DNA from: the human T2T-CHM13v2.0 reference genome, Homo sapiens
Length of the DNA: 64,000 nt
Direction: 5' to 3' (one strand)
Assembly (NCBI RefSeq): GCF_009914755.1
Contig: NC_060935.1
A model generated the notes under the pieces. The model made no database searches. It had not been told where the DNA came from and saw nothing but the letters and a program-made list of their open reading frames with translations. Each line of letters opens with the position of its first letter. The stretch's first letter is position 1. Below are positions 1 through 26,595 of this stretch, one piece after another. Made by a program: the position numbers and the translations under genes.

Positions 1-475
1 GTTTCATTTTTATGGCTGTGTAACATTCCATAGTAGGTGTGTACCACATTTTTTTAAATCCAATCCACCATTGATGGACACCTGGGTTGATTCTATTATT
101 TTGGCTACAGTGAATAGTGCTGCGACAAACATTTGAAAGCACATGTCTTTTTGATAGAACAGTACATTTTCCTTTGAGGATTCAGTCAGTAATGGGATGC
201 TTGGACAAATGATAGTTCTTTTTTTAGTTATTTGGTAAATCTCCAAACTGCTTTTCAAAAAGATGGATGCATCACATTACTGGACTTCAAGCTATGCTAG
301 AAGTCTACAGTAACCACAACAGCAAGGTATTCGTACAAAAAAAACAGACACATAGCCCAATGGAACAGAATAGAGAACCCCAAAATAAAGCCACACACCT
401 ATAACCAACTGATACTCAACAAAGTCAACAACAACAGCAAAAAGAAACAAGGAAAGGATTGTTTATTCAATAAAT
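1..475. mobile_element. L1 fragment with internal inversion (3' part minus ~1-257, ORF2 part plus ~260-475)
   Basis: L1 3'-end sequence in reverse, followed by sense ORF2 'gacttcaagctat...agacacatagcccaatggaacagaatagagaaccc'. Confidence 0.85.
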
Positions 476-1589
476 GTATTTCTTGTTTAAACTGTGCTGA
501 GGAATCATGATGGAGTCTTCTCCTCCCCATCTCCCTGTCATCTTACGCTTTGATTGGAGACAGTTCTGAAGGAATCCTCTTATCTACTTCCTGGAATGCT
601 GTTCTTCAACTGACTAAAACTGCTTTAACAGTTAATTTTTACTTAGGGTGGCAATTCACTTCTCCTTTTTGATATTCTCTGAGCAAAGACTGATCACAGA
701 TGTAGTCTCAGGTTGTAGTAGAGTATGCATGATAACACAGAAGAGATATGCCCAGAGAAACAGTTAATAAAAGGTAAAAAAAAAAAAAAAAAGAGAGAGA
801 GAGAGAGACTGTAATGTGTTCAACTATGAAGGTGTTTAAGAAGTCAGAAATTAACTCTCATTTAATCTGTTAAATATTAGAAAAAAACATATTTGCAAGT
901 AAGGGGTAGTTCTTCGAATCCTCCCTAAATCTTAACATCCCTGAGTGCATGATTTCACCCCAAACTCGTTTTCTCTGCACCATGCCAGGACTTCACTGTG
1001 CACACCATGCATCCTAGAGTTTCTTCAGGGTGTCAGGCACCATCTGCCAAGCGCTTCATTTTGGATGGCTGTCTTATCTTTTCAAGAAGTCTGTGAACTA
1101 CTGAGGGTTGATTCAAAACTTACTTTGTCTTAAATACTTTTGCAAAGGGTAGAAACATGCAAGTTCATGGATTTGTCAGTAGCAAACTGTGGGATTTGGG
1201 AAAAGTTCTTTATCACACTACACTGTCGCTGTCATAACTAGCTGTCTTCCCCCGTCTCTCCTGCTGAGCTCTAAATTATTTGAAGTCAGATACCTGCTGT
1301 AACTTATATCACATCCCCAAAGCAGAAAGCCCAGCAAACGATTTTTCTTTTTTTAAAAATGGCACAAAATAAATTTTTGTTCAAGAAAGTAATTAATAAC
1401 ATTGCTATGTTTGTAAGTCTGATTTTCTTTTTTAAATTTTTATATTTTATTTTACTTTAAGTTCTGGGAAAGAAAGGTGCCAATAGCCAGTTTGGGTCTG
1501 ACAGATTAAGTCAAACACTCTAAATTCCTTAGTCACTCTAAGTTCCAGTCCCTGTTTCTTCAGTGTGGGAGAAAAATGAGGACAAGTTT

Positions 1590-1679
1590 TCATTTTTCTA
1601 CCAGATTTATTATTTCAAAAAAGTTTATTATTCAGCAGACATAATTCCAAAAACCTTTACAGAAGGATCTCTTCACTTC
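1590..1679 (-). terminator. CASP1: CASP1 non-coding last exon with two AATAAA polyadenylation signals
   Basis: Acceptor catag|GAAGTGAAG at 1680-1681; plus-strand tttatt at 1624-1629 and 1606-1611; cleavage site approximate. Confidence 0.8.
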
Positions 1680-1988
1680 CTATGAGAAAAAGAAATAATT
1701 AAAAAAAAAAACATAGGAAAGAATTTTGTTAAAGACATGCAAGTTATAAAGTTATACCACCAATGGGAACATACACAATTTTAAAAGGAAAGACCACATG
1801 CTATGTTTAAATATACCCTGCTGAGGTGAAGGAGAGAAACATCCAAAAGTGAGGGTTTGTAGTCTTACGGCCACTTCTAGGCCAATATCAGATGAATCTC
1901 AAAAGGGGTCTAAATGAAAAACTTTGGGAGAAGAGCAACGTGCTCTGCACTGACCAGAAGAAAGGCATTACTTCAGTATTTTCTGTAT

Positions 1989-2224
1989 ATGGCTTGATTA
2001 TCCCTTATCCAAAATGCATGCTACCAGAAGTATTTCAAATTTCAGATATTTTTGTATATTGGAATTCAGCTGTATACTTACTGGTTTAGCATCCCTAATC
2101 CAAAAACCTATAATTTGAAATGTTTCAATAAACATTTCCTTTGAATATCATGTGGGCGCTCACACAGTGTTGGATTTTAGAGCATTTCAAAATTCGAATT
2201 TTTGGATTAAGGATTCTCAGCCTG
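1989..2224 (+). mobile_element. Tigger4a (MER46/Zombi) MITE in CASP1 intron 9
   Basis: ttgattatcccttatccaaaatgc...ggattctcagcctg termini; paralogs at 39089-39325 and 61343-61540. Confidence 0.8.
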
Positions 2225-2336
2225 TAAACCTAGAGTTCTTGACTCAAATGGACTTTCAGTACCCTTTCCTCAACCTTCCCACACTCCCGACCATACACAT
2301 GTACCTGCCCACAGACATTCATACAGTTTCCTTATT

Positions 2337-11192
<8,856 letters not shown>

Positions 11193-11222
11193 GGCTTTTC
11201 TCTCCTCCCTTCTTGTGTGACT

Positions 11223-11234
11223 GAAACTGAAAGT
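11223..11234 (+). promoter_or_regulatory. ISRE/IRF-E at the CASP1 transcription start
   Basis: GAAACTGAAAGT matches GAAANNGAAA; CASP1 is a known IRF1/IFN-gamma target; conserved at 21420-21431 and 47625-47636. Confidence 0.85.
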
Positions 11235-11288
11235 ATGCTTCGCCTTCCTTTTTGGCAGGGCCTGTACATGTATTGGGAAATACTCACT

Positions 11289-11308
11289 GTGCATGCATAT
11301 GCATGTCT
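11289..11308 (-). promoter_or_regulatory. p53 response element in the CASP1 promoter
   Basis: AGACATGCAT-ATGCATGCAC: two adjacent decamers with CATG cores and an internal 14-bp palindrome; CASP1 is a known p53 target. Confidence 0.7.
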
Positions 11309-11697
11309 TTATTTTTCTTCCCATTAAAGAATCAGAACTGTAGCCTGCATCAGGTAGTGTATCCATGGGAAATTTTCTTCACCAGCCCTTGGATAGATCA
11401 GGGTAGGAGGGGAATGGGGCTTGGAGAGTAAGACAGGATTGAAAAAGTATGTGTACAATTAAATTCACACAGTGAAGAGTTTCTCAATCATTAGAAAGCT
11501 TGACGGAGAAAAGTAACACAACCTTTGGAGTATGTGAACCACTGTTCCCCTGACCCCACCTCATAGCTCTTGGGAAAGTTGTGGGTAATGTATGTCCCTG
11601 TGAAACATTTTTGCTTTAAGAAATAGAAACATTTTTCACCAGAATTAAAGCTTTTCTTATTTAATGTCCTTCTTTTCACATTGCTTTTTTCTTTCTG

Positions 11698-12008
11698 TTT
11701 TTTTTTTTTTTTTTTTTTTTTTCTGATACAGGGTATCATTCTGTCGTGCAGGCCGGAATGCAGTTATTTGACCTTGGCTCACTGCAGCCTCCACTTCCCA
11801 GGCTCAGATGATTCTTCCAACTCAGCCTCCCGAGTAGCTGCAATTACTGGCACATGCCACCATGGCCAGCTAATATTTGTATCTCTTGTAAAGACAGGGT
11901 CTCCTTGTGTTTCCTAGGCTTGTCTTCAGCTCCCAGGCTCAAGCAATGTGCCCACCTTGGTCTCCCAAATTGCTAGGATTACAGGCATGAGCCACCCACC
12001 CATCCTGG
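11698..12008 (-). mobile_element. Old Alu (AluJ-like) upstream of CASP1
   Basis: polyT head, ggctcactgcagcctccac..ccaggctcag, ends gagccacccacccatcc; present in all three promoter copies. Confidence 0.9.
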
Positions 12009-12034
12009 AGGGTTTATTTTTGAGGGAAATTGCA

Positions 12035-12268
12035 TTGTAGAGGCCCAGAGCATAGGCTCTGGAATGAGAATGTCGAACTTAGCATTTTAAACTTCCCTTC
12101 CTTGGCAAGATAATGAACTTCCCTATGCATTGGTTCCTCTGTATGTGAAATAATTTTATTAATAGTATGTACCTACACAGTTTTGAGCATTAAGTGAGAG
12201 AAAATGTGGAAAATGCATGGAACATAGCCTGGCAAATGGTAAGCAAATAATGAGTGATATTATTATAA
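12035..12268 (+). mobile_element. MIR (also present in the CARD16 and CASP1P2 upstream copies)
   Basis: cttggcaagataatgaacttccctatgcattggttcctctgtatgtgaaat...cctggcaaatggtaagc. Confidence 0.65.
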
Positions 12269-12494
12269 TTAATACAAATGTTTAAGGTTAGAAAAATAAT
12301 CAAGGATGATTATTTGCAGATTATTTAGCTAAGTTTATCTTTTGTTAGAATCCTCAAGCAGTGCATCTAGTCATTCATTTAGCAAACATATACGGACGAC
12401 ATTGCTCTAGGTGCCAGAGGTTCAGTCAAAACATATCATGGTCCTTTCCCCTTTGGTCTCACATTCAAGAGGGAAAGACAAACATGAAGGCTGG

Positions 12495-14811
12495 TGATAT
12501 GGTCTGTCTCTGTTTCCCTACTCAAATCTCACCTTGAATTGTAATAATCCTCATGTGTTATGGGAGGTATCTGGTGGGATGTAATTGAATCATGGGTGCT
12601 GTTTTTTTTCCATGCTGTTCTCTTGATAATGAATGTCTCATGAGATCCGATGGTTTTATAAAAGGGAATTCCTCTGCTCATACCCTCTTGCCTGCACCCA
12701 TGTAAGACGTGTCCTTGCTCCTCTTTTGCCTTTTGCTATGATTCTGAGGCCTCCCCAGCCATGTGGAACTGTGAGTCTATTAAATATCTTTTTTGTTCTA
12801 TATAATTACCCAGCCTTGAGTATGTCTTTATTAGCAGTGTGAGAAATGACTAATGCAGTAAATTTATACTGAGTAATGGAGTGCTGCTGTAAAGATCTCC
12901 AAAAATGTGGAAGCGATGTTGGAACTGGGTAAAATGCAGAGGTTGGAACAGTTCTTAGGGCTTAGAGAAAGATAGGAAAATAGAATCTGGAACTTTCTAG
13001 AGACTTGTTGAATGGCTTTGACTAAATGCTGCTCATCTCGAATGAAGATAGGAACTTGTTGGGAAGTGGAATAAAAGTGACTGTTGCTGCGTTTTAGTGA
13101 AGAGAGTGGTGGCATCTTGCCCCTGCCCTAGAGATCTGTGGAACTTTGAACTTGAGAGAGATGATTTAGGGCATCTGGCAGAAGAAATTTCTAAGCAGCA
13201 AAGCATTCCAGAAGTGATTTGGGTGCTGTTAAAAGCATTCATTTTTATGTATTTGCAAAGATATGGTTTGGAATTGGAACTTATGTTTAAAAGGGAAGCA
13301 GAGCATAAAAGTTTGAAACATTCGCAGCCAGATGATGTGCTGGGAAAGCAAAACCCACTTTCTAAGGAGAAATTCAAGCCAACTGTAGAAATTTGCAGAA
13401 GTAACGAGGAGCCAAATGTTAATCTCTAAGACATTAATCTCCAAGACAATGGGGAATATGTCTCCAGAGTATGTCAGAGACCTTCCAGGCAGCCCCTCCT
13501 ATCACAGGACTGGAGACCTAAGAGGGAAAAAAATGTTTTCATGAGGTAAGCCGAGGGCCCTTCTGCTGTATGCAGCCTAAAGGCTTAGTGCCCTTCTTCC
13601 CGGGCCACTGAAGCCATGGCTAAAAGGGGCCAAGAAATAGCTTGGGCTGTGACTTCAAAGGGTGCAAGCCCCAAGCCTTGGCAGCTTCCATGTGGTGTGG
13701 AGCCTGTAGGGGCACAGAAGTCAAGAATTGAGGTTTGGGAACCTCTGTCTAGATTTCAGAGGATGTATGGAAATGCTTGGATGTCCAGGCAGAAGTTTGC
13801 TGCAGGGGTGGGACCCTCATGAAGAACTTCTACTAGGGCAATGCAGAAGGGAAATGTGGGGTGTGAGCTCCCACACAGAGTCCTCACTGGGGCACTGCCT
13901 AGTGGAGCCATGAGAAAAGGGCCACCATCCTCCAGATCCTAAAATGGTAGATCCACAAACGGCTTGCACCATGCACCTGGAATACTCAGGCACTCAATGC
14001 CAACCCATGAAAGCAGCTAGGAGGGATGCTGTACACTGCAAAGCCACGAGGGTGGAGCTGCCCAAGGCCATGGGACCCCGACTCTTGCATCAGCATGACC
14101 GAGATATGAGACATGGAGTCAAAGATCATTTTGAAGCTTTAAGATTTGGCTGCCCTACTGGATATTGGACTCGCATGGGGAATGTAGCCCCTTCCTTTGG
14201 CCAATTTCTCCCATTTGGAATGGGTGTATTTACCCAATGCCTGTATCCCCGTTGTATCTAGGAAGTAACTAACTTGCTTTTGATTTTACAGGCTCATAGG
14301 TGGAAGGGACTTGCCTTGTCTTAGAGAAGACTTTGGACTTGGACTTTTGGGTTAATGCTGGAATGAGTGAAGACTTTGAGGAACAGTTGGAAGGCAGGAT
14401 TGGTTTTGAAATGTGAGCACATGACATTTAGGAGAGGCCAGGGGCAGAATGACAGAGTTTGGCTCTGTGTCCCCACCAAAACCTCACCTTAAATTGTAAT
14501 AATCCCCTGGTGTCATGGGAGGCACCTGGTGGGAGGTAATTGAATCATGGAGGTGGGTTTTTCCCATGTTGTTCTCATGATAGTGAAAAAGTCTCATGAG
14601 ATCTGATGGCTTCATAAAGGGGAGTTCCCCTGCACATGCCTTTTTGTCTGCTTCCATGGAAGATGTGTCCTTGCTCCTCTTTTGCCTTCCACCATGATTG
14701 TGAGGCTTCCCCAGCCATGTGGAACTATGAGCCCATTAAACCTCTTTTTTTCTTTATAAATACCCAGTCTTGGGTATGTCTTTATTAGCAGCATGAGAAC
14801 AGACTAATACA
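12495..14811 (+). mobile_element. Full-length THE1 (MaLR) element: LTR 12495-12857, internal region, LTR 14450-14811
   Basis: TGATATGG...CA termini, THE1-int sequence, PPT before the 3' LTR, 5-bp TSD gctgg/cctgg; empty sites at ~22689 and ~48896. Confidence 0.95.
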
Positions 14812-15268
14812 CCTGGTATGTAATATGTAACTGGAATATTCAGACTGTTCAAATGTAGCAAGTGATGAGAATGATAAAAAAAAAATTGGCAAAGTAGGAG
14901 ACAAAATATTGCAGGACTCATGAACTTTAGACAGAGGAGCCAGGGAAGGCCAGAAAAGGTCTCTGCCTTTGCAATCACATGTTCAATTGCTTATCCCAGA
15001 AACAAACTCAATGTGGCTAATTTATTTTATAAATCTATTTGATGAAAGGTGGGCTAATTGCAAAATGCACACGGTATGTTACGTTTATCAAATTCTTTAC
15101 CAAAAATTCTCCTGATTTGTTACCTTAATATTTTTGGAGATTAAAGACCCAGAGTTAGAAAAACATCCACCTTTTGACATGTGGGCTACCAGTTTTATTT
15201 TCTGTGCTCTAGGTGAAGGGTTAAATGTGTTTGGGTTTGACTAGAACTCACTGTGTAGGAGGACATCG

Positions 15269-15551
15269 TTTTTTTTTTTATTTTTTATTTTTTGACAGAG
15301 TCTCGCACTGTCACCCCACTGGAGTGCAATGGTGCCATCTCCGCCTCCCGGGTTCATGTGATTCTCCTGCCTCAGCCTCCCAAGTAGCTGGAATTACAGG
15401 CACCACCACACCTGGCTAATTTTTTGTATTTTTACTAGAGATGGGGTTTCACTATGTTCACCAGACTGGTCTCAAACTCCTGACCTCGTAATCTGGCCAC
15501 CTTGGCCTCCCAAAGTGCTGGGATTATAGATGTGAGCCACCATGCCCAACC
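15269..15551 (-). mobile_element. AluS, specific to the CASP1 upstream copy
   Basis: polyT, cctcagcctcccaagtagctgg, cccaaagtgctgggatta; absent at the paralogous positions ~23150 and ~49350. Confidence 0.9.
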
Positions 15552-17489
15552 TCTCATGGTGTTTTATCTTTACTTTGCCAATGACTTAATCCGATGGCAG
15601 CACAAACTTGTGCTCCTTGCCACTGGGAGGATTTGTAGCATGGAAGAAAGCAGAAATTGCCTGTGTATTACTTATCTTCCCATCATGTACTTTTAAATGA
15701 TTCAATTTTTTTTCTATTAACTAAAGTATTTCACATGAGGGTTTCGCCCACAGCCAGAGCCATGAACCACTGAGTTGAAGCATGTCAGAGTGACATCCCA
15801 GAAACAGAAGCCATGACTAGACCATATATCTGGGAATGTAGAACCATAAGCCTTGAGTCTCATGTCATGGAAAGCTAAACACTGAGCCACTAGATTGCAA
15901 GGGCCCACTGTTTCCTCAAAAATGAAGATGTCAAAAACTGGAAACAAATAAATATCCAATTCCAGAGCATAAAATAACAATTTGTGCTATACATGTACAC
16001 TGAAATGCTATTCAGTCATGAAAGGGAAAAATTACTAATATATGCAATAACATGGATGAAAAAAATATGTTTCAATTATGAGTGAAAGAAGCCATATAGG
16101 AAGGAACACATACCCTGTGATTCCAATTATATAAAGTTCTAGATTAGGAAAAACTAACGTACAGTGATAGAAATTCGATGACTACTTATCTGAGGAGGAA
16201 GTGGAAGGAGATTGATAACAATGGGCGTGACAAAACTTTCTGGGGTGACAAAATCGGTTTGCCTATTCACTAGGATGTTATTATACTAGAATAGCCATGT
16301 ATCATTAGTTATCAACTTGTATTCTTAAAAGGAGTACATTTTCTTTGACGTAAATTATACAAAAATAACATTAAAATTTTGAAGCGAAAATGGTCAGTGG
16401 TTGTAATAATATATATTTTTTTGTTGATTTCTGGCTGGACACACTCCACAAATTTGTAAAAATTTTGGTAAGAGGAAGTTGTTCTTATAGTGACTGAGTT
16501 GTAATTACCAACCACCCAAGTTGGATGGGGAAATGTAGACAGAGTGGATATAATTTATAGGAACCAAATTGTTGACTTAAATGTGTACTTGGAAAATAGA
16601 ATTACAAAGGTAAAATCATCTCAAAATAAATGAATGTAACAATTCTATTATAAGTAATATTTTAAATGTGCATAATGTTATAAAATCCTGTCAGTGTGAA
16701 GTCTGGGAAACAATATAATTTTAAATGACAGAGTAGGTACTGTAAAAATCTCTGACATAGAAGGCAGACAATTCTGTGCTTGGGTTTTGGCCATCCCATT
16801 TCCAAGCCTTAGAAGTTCATGGACACTTTCAGTTTATCCAACTCTTCTTAGTTATATTTTTGGACTATCAGCACATTTTGTGTAATACAACTTAGAGCAC
16901 TAATCAACTATTACATGTTATTTTATTTTTTCTTTGTCTAAAAGCCTCTTTCTTTCTGCCCGGTTTATCAGTGTGGACTTTGGCATCTAATAGCCCTAGG
17001 GTCAACTTCTATTTATGAGCTGTAGATCTTAACCAAGTTATTTAACATCTCCCATCCTCCGTGTTCTCATGTATAGGAGGGGCCTCATTATCATTCTTAC
17101 CTTCTAAGATGCAATGCCTGGTGTAGAGAGCATGCCACTATACCTCTCATTTATAGTAGTCATAAGCTATAGCCCAGAAGCAAGGTAATGTTAAAATGTA
17201 CTTTTTGGTAAAGTGCTTCTAAATTATTCATATGCTTCATTTCAATATGTTAAATAAACATTAATTTCATTTTATGAATAGGAACAACAGGTAAAAAACT
17301 GACTCCAATTCTTGGTAAACACAAGTTGGAGAATTGGGTGAGAAGCAAGAGTCCACTTCAATACTTGCTCAATGGGATGTGCTTTTTTCCAACTGGGCAC
17401 TACACTGGAAAATCTGGGTTATACAAGCAGACAAAATGGCTTGTTTGTGTCAGTGGGAAATAAATTCTAAGAGACAGACTGGGTGAAGA

Positions 17490-21387
<3,898 letters not shown>

Positions 21388-21419
21388 GGCTTTTCTCTCC
21401 TACCCTTCTTGTGTGGGCT

Positions 21420-21431
21420 GAAACTGAAAGT
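21420..21431 (+). promoter_or_regulatory. ISRE/IRF-E at the CARD16 promoter
   Basis: GAAACTGAAAGT, identical to the CASP1 copy. Confidence 0.8.
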
Positions 21432-21887
21432 ATGTTTCGCCTTCCTTTTTGGCAGGGCGTGTACACATATTGGGAAACACCCACTGCACATTCATATGCA
21501 TATCTTTATTTTTCTTCCCAGAGAAAGAATCAGAACTGTAGCCTGCATCAGAGAGTGTATCCAAGGGAATTCTTTTTTCTCCAGCCCTTGGATAGATCAG
21601 GGTAGGAGGGGAATGGGGCTTAGAGAATAAGCCCCAGGATTGAGAAAGTATGTGTACAGTTAAATTCACACAGTGAAGAGTTTCCCATTCATTCGAAAAC
21701 TTGACCGAAAAAATTAACACAACCTTTGGAGAATGTGAACCACTGTTCCCTTGACCCCACCTCACAGCTTTGGGGAAAGTTTGTGGGAAATATATGTCCC
21801 TGTGAAGCAATTTTGCTTTAAGAAATGTAAACATTTTTCACCAATATTAAAGCTTTTCTTATTTAATGTTCTTCCTTTCCTGATGGC

Positions 21888-22202
21888 TTTTTTGTTTTGT
21901 TTTGTCTTCTGATACATGATGTCACTCTGTTGCCCAGGTTGGAGTGCAGTGGCATGACCACGGCTCACTGCAGCCTCCACTTCCCTAGGCTGAGATGATT
22001 CTCCCACTTCAGTTTCCTGAGTAGTTAAAATTACAGGCAAATCCCATCAGGGCTGGTTAATTTTTGTATTTTTTGTTGAGACGGGCTCTCCCTATGTTTC
22101 CTTGGCTGATTTTGAATTCCAGCGCTCAAGCGATCCGCCCATCTTGGCCTCCCAAAGAGCTGGGATTACAGGCATGAGCCATGAGCCACTCACTCATCTT
22201 GG
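21888..22202 (-). mobile_element. AluJ-like, paralog of 11698-12008
   Basis: Same position relative to the promoter. Confidence 0.88.
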
Positions 22203-25200
22203 ATGGCTTTCTTTTGAGGGACATTGCATCACAGAGGCCCAAAGCATAGACTCTGAACTCAGAATGTTGAACCTAGCAAGTTAAACTCACCTTCCTGGGC
22301 AAGATATTAAACTTCTTTATACATTGGTTCCTCTGTCTGTAAAATAATATTATTAATAGTACATACACATCTACACAGTTTTGAGCAGTATTGAGATAAA
22401 AATGTGAAAAATGAATGGAACATTGCCTGGCAAATGGTAAGCAGATAATGAGGGATATTACTATAATTAATAGAAATATTTCAGTTTAGAAAAATAATCA
22501 AGGATGATTATTTGCAGATTTTTTAGCTAAGTTTATCTTTTGTTAGAATCCTCAAGCAGTGCCTCCAGTCATTCATTTAGCAAATATATGTGGACAACAT
22601 GGTTCTCGGTGTCAGGGGTTCCATCAAAACATATATTATGATCCTTTCCCTCTTGCTCGCACATTCAAGAGGGAAAGATACACATGAAACCTGGTATGTA
22701 ATATGTAACTGGAATATTTAGAATGTGAAAATATGCCAAGCGATGAGAAGAATAAGAAATTAATTGGAGAAGTGGGAGACAAAGTATTGCAGGACTCATG
22801 AAAATTGTACACAGAGGAGCCAGGGAAGGCCAGAAGAGGTCTCTGCCTTTGTCAGTACATGCTGAATTGATTATCCCAGAAATAAACTCAATGTGGCTAA
22901 TTTATTTCATGAATAAACTTGATGGAAGATGGACTAATAGCAAAATGCACACGGTACATTTCATTTATCATTTTTTTTTTTTTTTTACCAAAAATTTTCT
23001 TGGGCTGTCACGTTATTACCTTTGGAGGATAATGACCAGATTTACAAAAATATTTACGGTTTGACATGTGGGCTACCAGTTTTACTTCCTGTGCTCCAGG
23101 CTAAGAGTTAAATGTCATTGGTTAAGTAGAACGGACTGTGTAGGAGGACAATGACGTGGCTTTTAATCTAAGGTGTTTTTCATGGTGTTTTTATCTTTAC
23201 TCTGCCAATGACCTAATCCGATTGCAGCAAAATCTTGAGCTCCTTGCCGCTGGAAGGATTTGTAGCATGGAAGAAAGCAGAAATTGTCTGTGCACCACTT
23301 CTCTTTAGTTTATTTACTTTTAAATTTATGTACTGACTCATTTATTTTTTCTGCTGCTTAAGGGTTTCACATGAGGGTTTCTCCCCACCAGCCAGAGCCA
23401 AGAACCACGGAGTTTATGCATGCCAAAGTGGCATCCAGGACACAGAAACAATGATTAGACCATGTGTCTGGGGATGTAGAATCATGAGCTTTGAGTCATG
23501 TCCTGGGAATGTAAACACTGAGCCATTAGAGTGCAAAGGCTCGCTATTTCCTCAAAAAGGAAGATGTCAAAAACTGGAAACAACTCAAATTCCAATTCAG
23601 GAGCATAAGTAAACAATTTGTGCTAGACACATACACTGAAATACTATTCAGTCATAAAAGGAAAAAATTACTAATATATGCAATAACATGGATGAAAAAC
23701 TTATACTTTCATTATGAGTGGAAGAAGCCATATAGGAAGGAGCACATACCCTGTGATTCCAATTATATAAAGTTCTAGATTAGAAAAATCTAATGTGTAG
23801 TGGTAGAAATTCAATCACTGCTTATCAGAGGAGGAAATGGAAGGAAATTGAGAACAAAGGGCAAGACAAAATTTTTTGGGGTGACAATATCGGTTTGTCT
23901 ATTAAATGGGATATTATACTAAATATTCTTGTGTAATTAATAATCAATTTATATTCTTAAAAGGGGTACATTTTCTTTTATGTAAATTATACTAAAATAA
24001 TGTTAAAATTTGAAATGAAAAAGGTCAATGGTAGTAATAACAGACTAATTTGGAAAAACATTTTTTTTCTTGATTTCAGGACACAATCAAGCCTCCAAAA
24101 ATTACCCATAATTCTGGTAAGAGGAAGCAGTTCTCATAGTGGCTGAAATGTAATTACCCGCCACCCACATTGGAGGGGGATAGGTAGACAGAGGGGAGAT
24201 AACCTACAGGAACCAATTTATTGACTGAAATATGTACCTGGAAAATAGCATTACGTAAGTAAAATTATCTTAAAATAAATGAATGTAGCAATTCTACTGT
24301 AAGTGATATTTAAAATCTGCATAATGATTTAAAAATCCTTCTATCAGTGTGAAGTCTGTGAAACAATATTATTTTAAATGACAGAGTAGGTACTATAAGA
24401 ACCTCTGACATAGAAGACAGAAAATTCCTGTGCTTGGGTTTTGACCATCCCATTTCCAAGCTTTAGAACATCATATACCCTTTCAGTTTATCCAACTCCT
24501 CTTCTTATTTATATTTGTGGACCATTAGCACATTTTGAGTAATACAATTCAGAACACTAATCAACTATAACATGTTATTTTATGTTTTCTTTGTCTAAAA
24601 CCTTCCCCTTTTCTGCACAGCTTATCAGTGTGGACTTGGGTATCTAACAGTCCTGAGGTCAACTTCTGTTTATGAGCTATTAGATTTTGGACAAGTTATT
24701 TAACATCTCTCAGCCTCTGTGTTCTCGTGTATAGAAGGGGCCTCCTAATCATTCTTACCTTCTAGGATGCAATGCCAGGTGTAGAGATCATGCCATAGTA
24801 CCTCTCATTTATGGTAGTCATGACCTATAGAGCAGAAGCAAGGTCATGTACAAATGTACTTTTTGGTTAAGTACTTCTAAATTTTTCATATGCTTCACTT
24901 CAGTATGTTGAATAAGCATTAATTTCATTTTATGATAGGAAGATCAGGTAAAAAATTGCTTCAAGGCCTTGGTAAGCCCAAGCTGGAGAACTGGGTGAGA
25001 AGCCAGCCCACCACCTCACTCATTACTTGCTGTATGTGATGCACTCCTCTTCAACTGGGTACTAACTACACTGGGAAATAGGAAGTAGATAAGCAGATAA
25101 AAGGTGCTTTTTTGTGTCAGTGGGAAATAAATTCTGAGTTAAATGCATCTAGACTATGATAATTTATAACAGTCAGCCCCAGTAAACTATTTAAATGATG

Positions 25201-26251
25201 AGATGGGCAATAGGAAACCATTGCAGCTTCCTAAGTAGGAGAGTCACGTTAACATGCTTCTAAAGTAACTATTTCATATTGAGTGCTTAATAAGGCCCAG
25301 GCTCTGTAATAGATACTTCATCTATATTGGTTCCTCTTGTCGAACCGTTTAAAAATATTGGTACTTGGAATAACCCCAGATTATGAAACCAAAATCTCAT
25401 CCTGACCCTCACCCTTGAGACTTCATGCACTGCCACATCCAGAATTTAATAGGACATGTTCTTTGAGGCATTGCTGGTACCATGTGAACCAGGAGCTGGG
25501 TCCTGATTGGACTGAGTGTTGGAGACAGGAGAAGGGGTAAGAATGTCTGGGAGTTGGTGCTGACTACAGAAAGAAGCTGCAGAAGAGTAGGAAGGAGCGA
25601 AGATGAAGCAGTAAAGAGCTTGCCTGGACAGGCAAGTGGCCAGGAGGGGTGTGGTCTCCTTGTGTCAGATTTCTACACCAACAGCATAGATAATAACTGA
25701 CCCATGGAACCTCTACAAGTTAGAGTCTCATCTTGGAACCAGATAGAGCCAAATCCCCAAGGAGGGATAGACATGGTCTTGGATGTGGTGTGTTGCCTAG
25801 CAGCAGAAACAGAAGCCATTCTTTTCCTTCAGCCCACTCAGAATATAAACTACACTGACAGATGAAGTATATAAATACACTAGAAAGCAAGCCACTATAA
25901 GGATATATCAGCAGAAAGAAGAGACTATAAATTTAAATCTTGAAGGACATTGAGATATTGGACAAATCAAATATCAAATATAGAATGAAATCATTCTATA
26001 TCAAATATAGAAGGATGTAAATAAAGGGAGCAAAAAGTAATTATTCTATAATAAGCAATAATTTGAGAAACAATAAAAATAGAGCATGTATAAATACAAA
26101 AATTAGTTATATTTAATAATGGACAGATTAAAAGGCAGACACACAAATCTGCGAAAATGTATATAATGTGGAAGATACAGAGATGTACAGTTGACCTTTA
26201 AACAATGAAATACTTAGAGGCACTGACCCCTATATTCAGTTGAAAATCTGT

Positions 26252-26595
<344 letters not shown>

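Noticed and set aside
11367-11377. NF-kB-like GGGAAATTTTC
   Set aside because: Lacks the terminal CC of the consensus and is altered in CARD16; too weak to call.
12864-14261. Cluster of 60-114 aa ORFs
   Set aside because: Fragments of the THE1 internal region.
15717-15980. Similar ~87-aa ORF recurring at 15717, 49559 and 50235
   Set aside because: Lies in duplicated, partly L1-derived flank; the frame is not preserved in the 23.4-kb and 50.3-kb copies.
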